DNA of 51,355 bases from a virus. Taxonomy: Duplodnaviria > Caudoviricetes. This document shows positions 27,224 to 36,901 of this stretch, in pieces. The stretch lies in the IMG/VR virus record IMGVR_UViG_3300037755_000354, positions 1-51,355 of that record, one strand, 5' to 3'. Positions within the stretch are counted from its first letter, which is position 1. Every line of letters begins with the position of its first letter. Both the position numbers and the translations under genes were made by a program. Under the pieces are notes generated by a model. The model had not been told where the DNA came from. It saw only the letters and a list, made by a program, of their open reading frames with translations, and searched no databases.

Positions 27224-28641
27224 TGCGATTTCTCGGCTTTGAGATCACGCGAGCGAAAGAGCTTTCCGGCGTCAGCGGCGGTGCGCGAAACACATGGTTT
27301 CCGCTGATCCGCGAAAGCTTTACCGGCGCGTGGCAGAAGAACCATGCGATAAAGGTCGAGGATGCGCTCTCCTATTGGCCGGTGTTTCGCTGCGTCTCGC
27401 TGATCTCGTCGGACATTGCAAAGCTCGGACTTGATCTCGTCGAGGAGGCATCGGACGGCGTGTGGCAGCCGACGCACGTTCCGGCCTACTCGCCGGTCCT
27501 GCAGAAGCCGAACCCTTTCCAGACGCGCATCCAGTTTGTCGAAAGCTGGCTTCAGTCGAAGCTCACGCGCGGAAATACCTACGTCCTGAAACAGCGCGAC
27601 AACCGCGGCGTCGTGACATCGCTTTATGTGCTCGACCCGACGCTCGTCAAGCCGCTCGTGTCCGAGCTCGGCGAGGTCTTTTACGAACTCAATGCCGATT
27701 ACCTGTCACGCTTGACGGCAAGCAATATCGTCGTGCCGGCATCGGAGATCATCCACGACCGCTGGAATGCGCTGTATCATCCCTTGTGCGGTCTCTCACC
27801 GATCTATGCCGCGGCGACGAAGGCGCTGACCGGACTGCGTATTCAGGATACCAGCAGCAAGTTCTTTGAGCGCGGTGCGCTGCCGAGCGGCATTCTGACG
27901 GCGCCAGGCGCGATCGCTGACGACACGGCGAAACGCTTGAAGGAACATTGGGAAGAGAACTATTCCGGCAAGAACGCCGGGCGCGTGGCCGTGCTCGGCG
28001 ACGGTCTCAAGTTTGAGCGCATGTCCGTGACGGCGGAAGATTCCCAGCTCATCGAGCAGTTGAAATGGACGGCCGAGGCCATCTGCGGCGCGTTTGGCGT
28101 GCCGGTTTACATGGTCATGGGCACCGCACCCAACTACAACAACGTGCAATCTCTGACGCAGCAATATTACAGCCAGTGCCTTCAGATCCTGATCGAAAGC
28201 ATCGAGATTCTGCTTGATGAGGGGCTTTCGATCACGCAGTCCAAATCCGGCAAGCGGCGGGGCACGCGCTTCGATCTCGACGATCTGCTTCGCATGGATA
28301 CGATGACGCAGGTGACGGCGATCAAGGATGCAGTTGGCGCCGGCGTGATGGCTCCGAACGAAGGGCGCCGCAAGCTGAACCTCAAGCCAGTCGCGGGTGG
28401 TGAGAGTCCATATTTGCAGCAGCAGAATTATTCACTTGCCGCGCTTGCCGAGCGGGACAGCGATAAGCCGTTTGAAAAGCCAGATCCTGCGCCGCCACCA
28501 GAGCCAGAGCCCGACGATCCCGATGAACCGGACGGGGGAGACGAGGAGCTTGATGAGGAAGAGCGCGGCGTGCTCGCCAACGATCTCCTGTGGAAGCGTC
28601 TGAGCGGCGGCGCAAACCATGGTTCGCAGCCGTTTGCATAA
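27223..28641 (+). CDS. Portal protein (HK97 family)
   Basis: KPNPFQT, GNTY, EIIH, GLSPI, PSGIL, PNEGR. Confidence 0.93.
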   Translation: MRFLGFEITRAKELSGVSGGARNTWFPLIRESFTGAWQKNHAIKVEDALSYWPVFRCVSLISSDIAKLGLDLVEEASDGVWQPTHVPAYSPVLQKPNPFQTRIQFVESWLQSKLTRGNTYVLKQRDNRGVVTSLYVLDPTLVKPLVSELGEVFYELNADYLSRLTASNIVVPASEIIHDRWNALYHPLCGLSPIYAAATKALTGLRIQDTSSKFFERGALPSGILTAPGAIADDTAKRLKEHWEENYSGKNAGRVAVLGDGLKFERMSVTAEDSQLIEQLKWTAEAICGAFGVPVYMVMGTAPNYNNVQSLTQQYYSQCLQILIESIEILLDEGLSITQSKSGKRRGTRFDLDDLLRMDTMTQVTAIKDAVGAGVMAPNEGRRKLNLKPVAGGESPYLQQQNYSLAALAERDSDKPFEKPDPAPPPEPEPDDPDEPDGGDEELDEEERGVLANDLLWKRLSGGANHGSQPFA

Positions 28642-28654
28642 GGGGCAATCGAGA

Positions 28655-29653
28655 ATGAACAGGCACGATATCGAAAGCGTGATCGAAGCCGTCGCGCCAA
28701 CGATTACACGGTATGTCGAGGCGGCACTTGCACCGATGATGGCGCGCGTTGCTCAGCTTGAGGCGCGCCAGCTTGAGCATGGCAAGGATGGCGCGGGCGT
28801 GTCTGATGCCGTGATCGATCGCGATGGCGTGCTGATCCTGACATTGACGGACGGCCGGTCGTTGAAGCCAGGTGTGGTTGCCGGCAAGGATGGCGAGCCG
28901 GGGAAATATCCCGATCTCGAAGCGATTGCCGCGATGGTTCGCAAGGAAATCGAGCTGCATCTGCCTGACGCCGTTGCTGAGATCCCTGTGCAAAAAGGAG
29001 AGCCTGGCGAACCCGGCGCGCCTGGTCGTGACGCTGATCCCGAGTTCATCGTCAAGGCCGTCCATAACGAGGTTGCAAGCCAGCTTCCTGAAGCGGTGGC
29101 CGCAATCCCATTGCAGAAGGGTGATCCCGGCGCGCCTGGCAAGGACGCCGACATGGCGGCAATCGAGGCGATGATTGCGAGGGCGGTGCAGTCTATCGCT
29201 CGCGTCAAGGGCGATCCCGGTCAGGACGGCGTCAGCATTTCCGGTGTCTCGATCAACAGAGACGGGGATTTGTCCGTCACCATGTCTGATGGCAAAACGA
29301 AGGAGCTTGGGCGCGTGGTCGGGCGCGACGGCATCGGCTTCGATGATATGGAGGAAGTTCTTTCCGATGATGGCCGGCTGATCATTCGGCGCTACAAGCG
29401 CGGCGCGGAAACGAAAGAGTTTCATCACCGCGTCCCGATGATCATCGATCGCGGCGTCTATAGCGAAGAGCGCGAGTACGCCACAGGCGATGCCGTGACC
29501 TGGGGCGGCTCGCTCTGGATTGCGCAGGCGCCGACAGCGCAGAAGCCGGGGCAGTCCGACACATGGCGGCTTGCCGTGAAGCGCGGCCGTGACGGGAAAG
29601 ACGCGCCGGCGGTTGATCCGAAGCCGAAGACGAAGAGCGGAGCCGCGCAATGA
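28655..29653 (+). CDS. Head-associated protein with collagen-like G-x-y repeats
   Basis: Repeated LP.AVA.IP.QKG.PG.PG.DAD; C-terminal GDAVTWGGSLW...WRLAVKRGRDGKD. Confidence 0.75.
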   Translation: MNRHDIESVIEAVAPTITRYVEAALAPMMARVAQLEARQLEHGKDGAGVSDAVIDRDGVLILTLTDGRSLKPGVVAGKDGEPGKYPDLEAIAAMVRKEIELHLPDAVAEIPVQKGEPGEPGAPGRDADPEFIVKAVHNEVASQLPEAVAAIPLQKGDPGAPGKDADMAAIEAMIARAVQSIARVKGDPGQDGVSISGVSINRDGDLSVTMSDGKTKELGRVVGRDGIGFDDMEEVLSDDGRLIIRRYKRGAETKEFHHRVPMIIDRGVYSEEREYATGDAVTWGGSLWIAQAPTAQKPGQSDTWRLAVKRGRDGKDAPAVDPKPKTKSGAAQ

Positions 29654-30252
29654 ACGGCGTTCAGGTCGTGACCGCGCCAGCGCTTCCTGCGGTAACGCTC
29701 GCTGAAGCCAAGACGCACCTTGCGGTCGATACCGACGATTTTGATGCAATGATCGAGATGCTTGTTGCAGCGGCGACCGATCACGCCGAGTCCTTCATGG
29801 GCCGCGCGCTGGTCGAGCGAACGCTGGATTATTTTGTTGATGCATTCCCCGGTAATGGCGGCGCAATCCGCCTGCCGTTCCCGCCGCTCATTGCTGTGAC
29901 GGGCGTGTTCTACACCGATGCCGATGATGTCGAGCAGGAATTCACTGGCTTCGAGGCTGACGCCGCCAGCAAGCCGGCGCGGCTGTTCCTGACGTCGCCG
30001 AACTCGTGGCCGACGCCGCGCGACAGTGCCAATGCCGTTCGCGTGCGTTACCGGGCGGGTCACTCTGCCGTCAGCGGTTCGCCGCCAGCGCTTGACGGCA
30101 CGATACCGTCGGACCTGAAGGCGGCGATATTGCTGATGACCGGCACGCTGTTCGAGCTCCGCGAGACCGTCACGGAGATGTCCGCGAATATGGTGCCGTG
30201 GGGAGCTGACCAGCTTCTCCGCCGCCACAGGATCGAGCTTTCCGCCGCGTAA
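29650..30252 (+). CDS. Head-tail connector (gp6-like adaptor)
   Basis: VTLAEAKTHL, AESFMGRAL, IP.DLKAAILL. Confidence 0.85.
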   Translation: MNGVQVVTAPALPAVTLAEAKTHLAVDTDDFDAMIEMLVAAATDHAESFMGRALVERTLDYFVDAFPGNGGAIRLPFPPLIAVTGVFYTDADDVEQEFTGFEADAASKPARLFLTSPNSWPTPRDSANAVRVRYRAGHSAVSGSPPALDGTIPSDLKAAILLMTGTLFELRETVTEMSANMVPWGADQLLRRHRIELSAA

Positions 30253-30866
30253 TGCTGTTGGAGCGTGTCGAGCCGCGTTGGCAGGGCGAATGCTGCATCG
30301 TCGCAGCGCCTGGACCATCACTGACGCCGGAGATTGCCGAAGCCTGCCGCGGCGATCGCGTGATCTCGGTGAACGATGCCTATCGCCGGCTGCCGTTTGC
30401 CGATGTGCTTTATGCCTGCGATGCGAAGTGGTGGAATGTTCATGGTGATTGCAAAGGCTTTGCCGGTGAGAAGTGGTCCAGTCATGATGGACAGGGCAAC
30501 AAGAAGCTGAAAGAGGCCGAACTCTACAGCCTGAAGCTTGTGTGCGGTGAAAGCCGCAAGGGCTTTTCGCTCGATCCGGGGCGGATCCATTATGGCGGGA
30601 ATGGCGGCTTCCAGGCTGTCAATCTGGCGATCCTGTTTGGCGCGCGCCGGATTGTGCTCGTTGGCTTCGATATGCACGGTAGCCATTTCTTCGGGCCGCA
30701 TCCAGGCCCGCTGCGCAACACGCGGAACTTTGAGAAGTTTATCAATAGCTTCGGAGAAGCGGCAAGGATGCTGCCTGCACATATCAGGATTGTGAATGCA
30801 ACGCCGGGTTCGGCGTTGAAGTGTTTCCCGTTCGTGGACCTGGTTCCGACGCGGGAGGCCGCATGA
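30252..30866 (+). CDS. Maf/DUF115-like (sialyltransferase-type fold) putative glycosyltransferase
   Basis: IVAAPGPSL, ISVND, GNGGFQAVNLAILFGARRIVLVGFD, IVNAT. Confidence 0.65.
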   Translation: MLLERVEPRWQGECCIVAAPGPSLTPEIAEACRGDRVISVNDAYRRLPFADVLYACDAKWWNVHGDCKGFAGEKWSSHDGQGNKKLKEAELYSLKLVCGESRKGFSLDPGRIHYGGNGGFQAVNLAILFGARRIVLVGFDMHGSHFFGPHPGPLRNTRNFEKFINSFGEAARMLPAHIRIVNATPGSALKCFPFVDLVPTREAA

Positions 30867-31435
30867 GGCGTGATCGGCGGCTGGGGTTTTCAGGAAAGAG
30901 ATGGCCGCAACTTGTCAGCGAGCTCGACGCTTTTGTCGATCTACTCGCTGCCGAAGGGGTGCGGTCTTACTTGGAAATAGGGGCGCTGTATGGTGATACG
31001 TTTCATCATATCGGCATGTCGCTTCCAAAGGGTGCGCATCTTGTGGCTGCAGATTTACCGGGATGGAAGCGGGGGCAGCCCATCGGACGCCATGGCGGCA
31101 GCGGTGAATATCTGAAGGCAGCGGCGCGCGATCTCAAGAAGCGGGGGCGGGAAGCGCACATTATTTTTGGCGACAGTCACGACGCCGAGACCATTGCCGA
31201 GGTCAGCAAGCACGCGCCGTTTGATGCCATCATGATCGATGGGGATCACACGCCGAAGGGCGCAATGGCGGATTGGCAAGACTATGGCCAGATGGGGCGC
31301 ATCGTCGCGTTCCATGACATCGCCGGCATCCCTGATGTGACGAAGGTGTGGGAGACGGTTCGAAAAGGCAACCGGTGGAAGGAGATCATTTCCCCTGATC
31401 GCCAGGGCGGGATTGGGGTCATATGGAACGAATAA
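30863..31435 (+). CDS. Class I SAM methyltransferase (Methyltransf_24-like)
   Basis: YLEIGALYG, GDSH, FDAIMIDGDH, VAFHDI; ATGA overlap. Confidence 0.8.
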   Translation: MRRDRRLGFSGKRWPQLVSELDAFVDLLAAEGVRSYLEIGALYGDTFHHIGMSLPKGAHLVAADLPGWKRGQPIGRHGGSGEYLKAAARDLKKRGREAHIIFGDSHDAETIAEVSKHAPFDAIMIDGDHTPKGAMADWQDYGQMGRIVAFHDIAGIPDVTKVWETVRKGNRWKEIISPDRQGGIGVIWNE

Positions 31436-32151
31436 CGGTTGCGAGCTTCTACTGGCGCGACAACGACGACCGGTGCCAGAACGTTTATCAATACGGCAAT
31501 GACGATGTTGTGCTTCTCAGGAATCAGTTTCAGCGGCATCTGACGCGGCCTCATGAATTCGTTTGCGTTACGAATCGGCCCAGAGAGATTGACCCAAGCA
31601 TTCGCACCATCCCGCTTGACGAACGTTTGCGGGTTCGCGGCGGGCGGTATTTCAAGCTTGCAGTCTTCGGGAAGGACGCGGCGGAATTCTTCGGCGAGCG
31701 CATTTTGACGGCCGATCTGGATTCGGTCCTCACCAGAAACGCAGATCATCTCGTCGATCGCGAGGAAGACCTTGTGCTTTGGCGCAATCCCAATTGGGGG
31801 CTGAAGCGGCGCGCTTACTACAACACGAGCATCATGCTTGTTCGCGCTGGCACGCGCACTGAATTCTATGACCGGTTCGACTCTCAGCGCAGCCATGACG
31901 AAGCAGCGCGCGTAACCGGCTGGGGCGGCACGGACCAACGCTTCATCTCATGGATCGCCGGACGCAATGAGGCGCATTGGACGGCCGAAGACGGCATCTA
32001 TGGTGCCGGCAGGCTCGGCGATTACTGCCCCGGCATGGCGACGACTGTTCTGCCTGAAAATGCCTGTTTCGTGACATTCCCCGGTCGACGTCATCCGAAG
32101 ATGGCGAAGACGCAAGAGAAGCACCCATGGATTGTGAGCCACCGCCGATGA
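31423..32151 (+). CDS. GT-A fold glycosyltransferase (GT8-like)
   Basis: FVCVT, KLAVF, DLDSV (DxD), YNTSIM, DQRFIS, FPG..HP. Confidence 0.8.
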   Translation: MERITVASFYWRDNDDRCQNVYQYGNDDVVLLRNQFQRHLTRPHEFVCVTNRPREIDPSIRTIPLDERLRVRGGRYFKLAVFGKDAAEFFGERILTADLDSVLTRNADHLVDREEDLVLWRNPNWGLKRRAYYNTSIMLVRAGTRTEFYDRFDSQRSHDEAARVTGWGGTDQRFISWIAGRNEAHWTAEDGIYGAGRLGDYCPGMATTVLPENACFVTFPGRRHPKMAKTQEKHPWIVSHRR

Positions 32152-32738
32152 TTTCAGAACGTTCAAAAAAGATGCTTACCCATTACGTCGGATCTGTAGC
32201 CAGGGGCTATGACGCGCGGCGATCTAGTCAGGAAAAATGGAAGCGCGAGCAGGAAATTCTTTCCGGTATTATCGCGGCGCTACCCGCGGGATCGACAGCG
32301 CTTGATATCCCCTGCGGGACCGGCCGGCTGTTTCGGTTCTTCGCAGAACGCGGCGTGACGGTCACGGCGCTCGATATCAGCGATGACATGATCAGGGAAG
32401 CGAAGGCGAAGCACAAAAGCAGCGGCGGCGAGATCACGATCGGTCACGGCGATATCTTCAAGATCGACTTGCCGGATATGTCAGTCGATACTGCGTTCGC
32501 CATCCGGATCATGAACCGAATCGGCGGTGCTGATGTGCCGCGTGCGCTGGGGGAATTGCAGCGCGTGGCCAAGAGCCAGATTGTATTTAATCTTCGTGTC
32601 GACAGTGGGAACAGCCGTTATCGGCACCCGGTTGCAATGTCCGTCGTTCATGGATCGCTTGAGCCCGGGTGGCAGATCACGGCAGACCAGGAAATCCACG
32701 AGCCGGACTTCCGGATGATTACCCTGTCTCGGGATTGA
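32148..32738 (+). CDS. Class I SAM methyltransferase
   Basis: LDIPCGTGR, ALDISDDM, GDIF, ALGELQRV. Confidence 0.85.
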   Translation: MISERSKKMLTHYVGSVARGYDARRSSQEKWKREQEILSGIIAALPAGSTALDIPCGTGRLFRFFAERGVTVTALDISDDMIREAKAKHKSSGGEITIGHGDIFKIDLPDMSVDTAFAIRIMNRIGGADVPRALGELQRVAKSQIVFNLRVDSGNSRYRHPVAMSVVHGSLEPGWQITADQEIHEPDFRMITLSRD

Positions 32739-32741
32739 TCC

Positions 32742-33323
32742 ATGAATTGGCTGGACGTATGCGGCCCGCCCGCGGTCGGCAAGTCTACCTTGCTCGACGA
32801 TCTGTGGCCACCGCGCGGCATTCCGTACGATGGCGGCGGTTATCCTGATGAGTGGCTGGAGTTTCTGAGCGTCGCTTGGCGATTACTCGACGAAGTGACT
32901 GATCATCCGAGCCACCATAAATGCGCATCGATGATGAAGCGATCGTTTCAGAAGATGGCGACGGTTCGTCGGCGGAAAGATCGGCGCACATACATCCAGA
33001 CCGGGTTTGCCCAGCGCGGGCTCGGGCTCGGCTGGCGTCACAAGGATGCTGAAGCGGTCGCGGCGTTTTACCAGGTCATGCCCGTGTCGCTCGGCGTGGT
33101 GATTCTCAAAGCGCCGCTGGATGTTATCGAGCACAGGAACAGGATGCGCGACAAGCCGGACCGGTCGCACATGGTTCCCGGCATGATCCGGCCGCTCGAG
33201 GTCGCGGAAGACGTCCTGCGCGCGCGCGGCGTTCCGGTTGCCGTTCTGGATATGACCAGGCCAATAGAGCGGAACCGTGAAAAGCTTGCGGCTTTCGCCA
33301 AGGGCGCCGGAGGAACGAAGTGA
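32742..33323 (+). CDS. P-loop kinase (NMP-kinase-like)
   Basis: N-terminal GPPAVGKST; R-x-x-x-R lid-like segment. Confidence 0.65.
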   Translation: MNWLDVCGPPAVGKSTLLDDLWPPRGIPYDGGGYPDEWLEFLSVAWRLLDEVTDHPSHHKCASMMKRSFQKMATVRRRKDRRTYIQTGFAQRGLGLGWRHKDAEAVAAFYQVMPVSLGVVILKAPLDVIEHRNRMRDKPDRSHMVPGMIRPLEVAEDVLRARGVPVAVLDMTRPIERNREKLAAFAKGAGGTK

Positions 33324-33832
33324 ACCCGCTGGGGCTCGGCGAGCGGTCTGTGCAGCTTTTGTTGAGTGCTTCGCCCGATCAGCCGATCGATCCGCATCAT
33401 TTCGTGACGCCGGCGCGGCTCGATATCGTCGTCAAGCTGATGTTTTTCGAGTGCGTCAAGAATGCCCACATCTATCGCCGTCACATCGAAGGCCGCTCCG
33501 GCGGCCGCGAAAAGCGAAGTTGGAAAATGTCGGTGCAGGATTACATCACGGCAGCCGGCGATCTGATGAGGTCCATGCGCGCAAACGGCTTCGATCCGAG
33601 TGAGCCGGTTGAGCTTGGATGCAATCTCGGCCTGCGCGGCGGCGCGCATCGCATTGCCTGCGCCCTGGCTCTGGACATCACAATACGTGTCAGGATCGCA
33701 GACAAGCCCGGCAACGCCGCTTTATGGGATGAGGCGTACATGCGCAGGGCCGGCATGACTGATCAGGATCTGGCGCCGGCTCTGGCGCGATTTAAAAGGC
33801 TTCAGGATGCCGCGCGCCTGCGTCTTGGTTAA
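33320..33832 (+). CDS. ParB/Srx-like domain protein
   Basis: SMRANGFDP..PV...GGAHRIACALAL. Confidence 0.6.
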   Translation: MNPLGLGERSVQLLLSASPDQPIDPHHFVTPARLDIVVKLMFFECVKNAHIYRRHIEGRSGGREKRSWKMSVQDYITAAGDLMRSMRANGFDPSEPVELGCNLGLRGGAHRIACALALDITIRVRIADKPGNAALWDEAYMRRAGMTDQDLAPALARFKRLQDAARLRLG

Positions 33833-34613
33833 TCCACGCATGTCGCACCAGCATTCATGGGCTGAGGCGTTCGTGGCCGGGTTGCGCCGCCATGGGTGGC
33901 GGGCGGATCTGAGCCACAAGCTTGTCACGTCCGATCTTGTGGCGATGTGGTCAACCCGCAGGCAGGACGTGATCAAGCAGGCGCGAAGCGAGGTGCGGGA
34001 GATCGTTACTGCCGAGCGCGGCTATATGGGCGATCGCAAGCATTATTGCAGCGTGAGCTTCGGCGGCGAACTCAATGGGCGTGCGGAGTTCCGGGGGGCA
34101 TTCGGTGACACGTCACGCTTCGAAAGATTGTTCGCGCATCTGATGCAGCCGTGGAATCGCAAGCCGGACGGCCATGCCCTGATCATGGGGCAGGTCGATG
34201 GCGACATGAGCACGCGCGGCGTGAATTTGACGCGCTGGTATCGCGAAACGCGCCAAGCTCTGGAAGCGCGCGGCTGGAAGGTCAAGTTCCGCCCACATCC
34301 CTTGGCCGCTGGCGGCGAAGCGTTCGCGGCATATCGGCAAAGGCAGCAGGCGCATCAACTCGATCTGGCGGCCGACTTTGAAACGGCGGGCGTGGTTGTC
34401 ACCTATAATTCAAACTCCGGTGTGGATGCCGTTCTCGCCGGCAAGCCGGTCATCGCAATGGATGAGGGTGCAATGGCCTGGCCTGTGGCCGGACACCAGG
34501 TTGATGAGATCATCACGCCGGATCGGACGGCTTGGGCGCATCGGCTTGCCTGGTGCCAATGGACAAAGGCCGAGATGGCCAGCGGCGAATGTATTGAGGC
34601 GATCGGGTTATGA
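33807..34613 (+). CDS. KpsS/KpsC-like (beta-Kdo transferase-type) glycosyltransferase
   Basis: GQVDGD (QxxxD), FRPHP (HP motif), VVTYNSNSGVDAVLAGKPV. Confidence 0.7.
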   Translation: MPRACVLVNPRMSHQHSWAEAFVAGLRRHGWRADLSHKLVTSDLVAMWSTRRQDVIKQARSEVREIVTAERGYMGDRKHYCSVSFGGELNGRAEFRGAFGDTSRFERLFAHLMQPWNRKPDGHALIMGQVDGDMSTRGVNLTRWYRETRQALEARGWKVKFRPHPLAAGGEAFAAYRQRQQAHQLDLAADFETAGVVVTYNSNSGVDAVLAGKPVIAMDEGAMAWPVAGHQVDEIITPDRTAWAHRLAWCQWTKAEMASGECIEAIGL

Positions 34614-34870
34614 GAGAAAAAGGTACAGGAATTTTGCCGATCACTGCGGAATTGCTTGAGCAAGTGGCGCTTCGCTCATTTTTGCCTCGGTCATACAACG
34701 TGATCGGATCTGCAAAATCAAAGCTCCCCGGAATGGTTCTGCTTATCGTTGAATCCGATGACATCGCAGGCCACGGTCATTTTCTGACCTGTGAGACCCA
34801 GGATGCAGGAAGCACTCGAACGATTCGCGTAGTGCTTGAACGTCCGAGTCAAGAGACGGCCGAGCTGTGA
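34610..34870 (+). CDS. Hypothetical protein
   Basis: ATGA-coupled to the upstream gene. Confidence 0.55.
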   Translation: MREKGTGILPITAELLEQVALRSFLPRSYNVIGSAKSKLPGMVLLIVESDDIAGHGHFLTCETQDAGSTRTIRVVLERPSQETAEL

Positions 34871-35037
34871 AATCCCATGTTTTTAAATGTCCGAAATGCG
34901 GCTTCGTGCAGGTCTATTCCAGCATGTGCGCAGAGACGGGGCAGGTCGGCAGCAATGCGAAGGAAAGGGCGGACAAGCCTTGCCCGAATGATGGCTCTGA
35001 GCTGCTGCCGGTTTTTGACCAGAAAGAGTTGCAATGA
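34867..35037 (+). CDS. 56-aa Zn-ribbon-like protein (not in the ORF track)
   Basis: MKSHVFKCPKCGF...KPCPNDG...; GTGA and ATGA overlaps with both neighbours. Confidence 0.65.
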   Translation: MKSHVFKCPKCGFVQVYSSMCAETGQVGSNAKERADKPCPNDGSELLPVFDQKELQ

Positions 35038-35390
35038 GCTCGGTCGGCAGCCTCAACCGGCGCGTAACATTCCAGCGCTCGACGGTGAGCTACAACGATT
35101 TTAACGAGCCTGTCGAGACGTGGGCAACGCTAGCGGAAGTGTGGGTGAATCGGCGCGACGCGAGCGCTGGCGAAAGCTACCGGGCGCAGGAGGTAGGCGG
35201 GCAGCTCTCGATCCGTTTCACGATCCGCTACAGCTCAGACGTGGCGACGATCAACCCGCGCGACCGCGTTCTCTACAATGGCGGCGTCTACAACATCACC
35301 GGCGTTCGTGAGACGAAGCGCAATCGCTGGCTTGAGGTGGATGCGGTCATTCAGCCGGACGTTGCGGCGGAGGAAGACGGTTCACCTTGA
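35034..35390 (+). CDS. Head closure protein (SPP1 gp16-like)
   Basis: GSLNRRVTFQ, FTIRY, DRVLY.G.VYNI. Confidence 0.85.
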   Translation: MSSVGSLNRRVTFQRSTVSYNDFNEPVETWATLAEVWVNRRDASAGESYRAQEVGGQLSIRFTIRYSSDVATINPRDRVLYNGGVYNITGVRETKRNRWLEVDAVIQPDVAAEEDGSP

Positions 35391-35842
35391 ACGCCAAGGT
35401 CAGGATCGAAGGATTGAAGGAAGTGCAGGCCGCGCTTCGTGAGTTGCCGGACGCCACGGCGAAAAACGTCATGCGCCGCGTGCTGCTCAAGGCCGGTCAG
35501 CCGATTGCCGAAACCGCGCAGTCGCTTGTCCCGGTTGCTGAAGGTGATCTGCGCAAATCGATTGCTGTCAGCACGAGGCTTTCGAAGACCCAGCGCAAGA
35601 AACATCGCAAGGCCGACAGGGATGACGTCGAGGTGTTCGTCGGCGCGGGGCCGCATCCCCAGGCGCATCTGCAGGAATTCGGGACCGCAAACCATCCGGC
35701 GCAGCCTTTCCTGCGTCCTGCTTGGGATCAGAAACGGCGTAGCGTTCTCGACGGCATCAAGACTGCAATGTGGACCGAGATCCGCAAGGCCGCAGAGCGC
35801 CTGGCCAAGAAGACGGCGAAAGCTGCGGCAAAGGGGAAATGA
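35387..35842 (+). CDS. HK97 gp10-like tail completion protein
   Basis: IEGLKE, EFGT, AQPFLRPAW. Confidence 0.85.
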   Translation: MNAKVRIEGLKEVQAALRELPDATAKNVMRRVLLKAGQPIAETAQSLVPVAEGDLRKSIAVSTRLSKTQRKKHRKADRDDVEVFVGAGPHPQAHLQEFGTANHPAQPFLRPAWDQKRRSVLDGIKTAMWTEIRKAAERLAKKTAKAAAKGK

Positions 35843-36066
35843 TGGGCTATCGACCAATGACCTTTGTCGCGTCTTGCCCGAATTGCAAGCTTAAGCCGCT
35901 CATCAAATGGCGCTGGTTTCGCGGATGGCGCGCCGAGTGCCCCTGTGGAATCTCCGGGCCTTTCGTCCGAAATGTCGAGCATCCAAACGAAATTCTAGGC
36001 CCGTGGAATACGTTCATCCGGCCGGATTGGCAGATGGATATGACGCCACCGCCAGGGCGCAGATAA
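35839..36066 (+). CDS. Small Zn-finger-like protein inserted in the tail module
   Basis: CPNC...CPCG; ATGA overlap. Confidence 0.5.
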   Translation: MMGYRPMTFVASCPNCKLKPLIKWRWFRGWRAECPCGISGPFVRNVEHPNEILGPWNTFIRPDWQMDMTPPPGRR

Positions 36067-36076
36067 GGGCTGATCG

Positions 36077-36472
36077 ATGGAAGGCGCGCTGATTGCGAAG
36101 CTGCTGGCTGACGGCGGCGTGTCGACGCTTGTGAATAATCGCGTCTATCCGGTGTCGCGTCCGCAGGCCTCGGCGCTGCCCGCGATCACGCTGGCGACCG
36201 TTTCGCACGTGCCGGTCTACACCAATGACGGTGAGGCAGGCATCGCGGAAGTTCGCACACAGATCGATTGCTGGGGCGCTACCTATGGATCGGCCAAGAC
36301 GGTGGCGCGCGCTGTCAAGGCGTCGTTGTCCGCGTTTTTCGGCACGGCGGGCGGTGTGGCGTTTCAGTATGTCCTGCTCGATGGTGAGCGGGATTCTCGC
36401 GAGGGCGGTTCGAATGCGTCGGAATATTTGTTCCGTACGCAGCTCGATTTCCGCGTGTGGTTTGTAAACTAG
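36077..36472 (+). CDS. Tail terminator (DUF3168-like)
   Basis: RVYP, LPAIT, QIDCWG; position. Confidence 0.8.
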   Translation: MEGALIAKLLADGGVSTLVNNRVYPVSRPQASALPAITLATVSHVPVYTNDGEAGIAEVRTQIDCWGATYGSAKTVARAVKASLSAFFGTAGGVAFQYVLLDGERDSREGGSNASEYLFRTQLDFRVWFVN

Positions 36473-36484
36473 GAGATTAATCAG

Positions 36485-36901
36485 ATGGCTGCAAATGTTG
36501 GCCGCACGTCGCTTCTGTATTGGGGCAATGAATCCCCGCAGCCGCTCGTTGCGGGAATCCGTGAGCTCGGCTTTTCGGTCGGCGGGGAGGCGGTGGACAT
36601 CACGAATAATGATTCCGCCGGATGGCGGACTCTGCTCGATGCCGCCGGCGTCAACAGCATCGACATTCCGATTTCCGGCGTGCTTGTCGATGATACGCTG
36701 CGCGCCGATGCAATCAATGGGGCGACGATCGGTTCCGGCTTGCGCATGCAGGATGCCACGCTGGAGCGCGCGGACGGCAGCAGGTTGAGCGGGAACTGGT
36801 ATCTTCAAGGCTACTCCGAAACCGGCTCACATGATGGTGAAATCACCTTCGAGGCGACGCTTATGTCCAACGGTCCCATCGCTTACACGCCGGCCGCGTA
36901 A
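36485..36901 (+). CDS. Major tail tube protein
   Basis: VDITNNDSAGWRTLL, FEATLMSNG; RBS aggag. Confidence 0.85.
   Translation: MAANVGRTSLLYWGNESPQPLVAGIRELGFSVGGEAVDITNNDSAGWRTLLDAAGVNSIDIPISGVLVDDTLRADAINGATIGSGLRMQDATLERADGSRLSGNWYLQGYSETGSHDGEITFEATLMSNGPIAYTPAA

Noticed and set aside
28382-29749. Long antisense ORFs (for example 455 aa here and 397 aa at 15551-16744)
   Set aside because: Shadow frames of high-GC genes; no motifs, and they lie opposite well-supported CDSs
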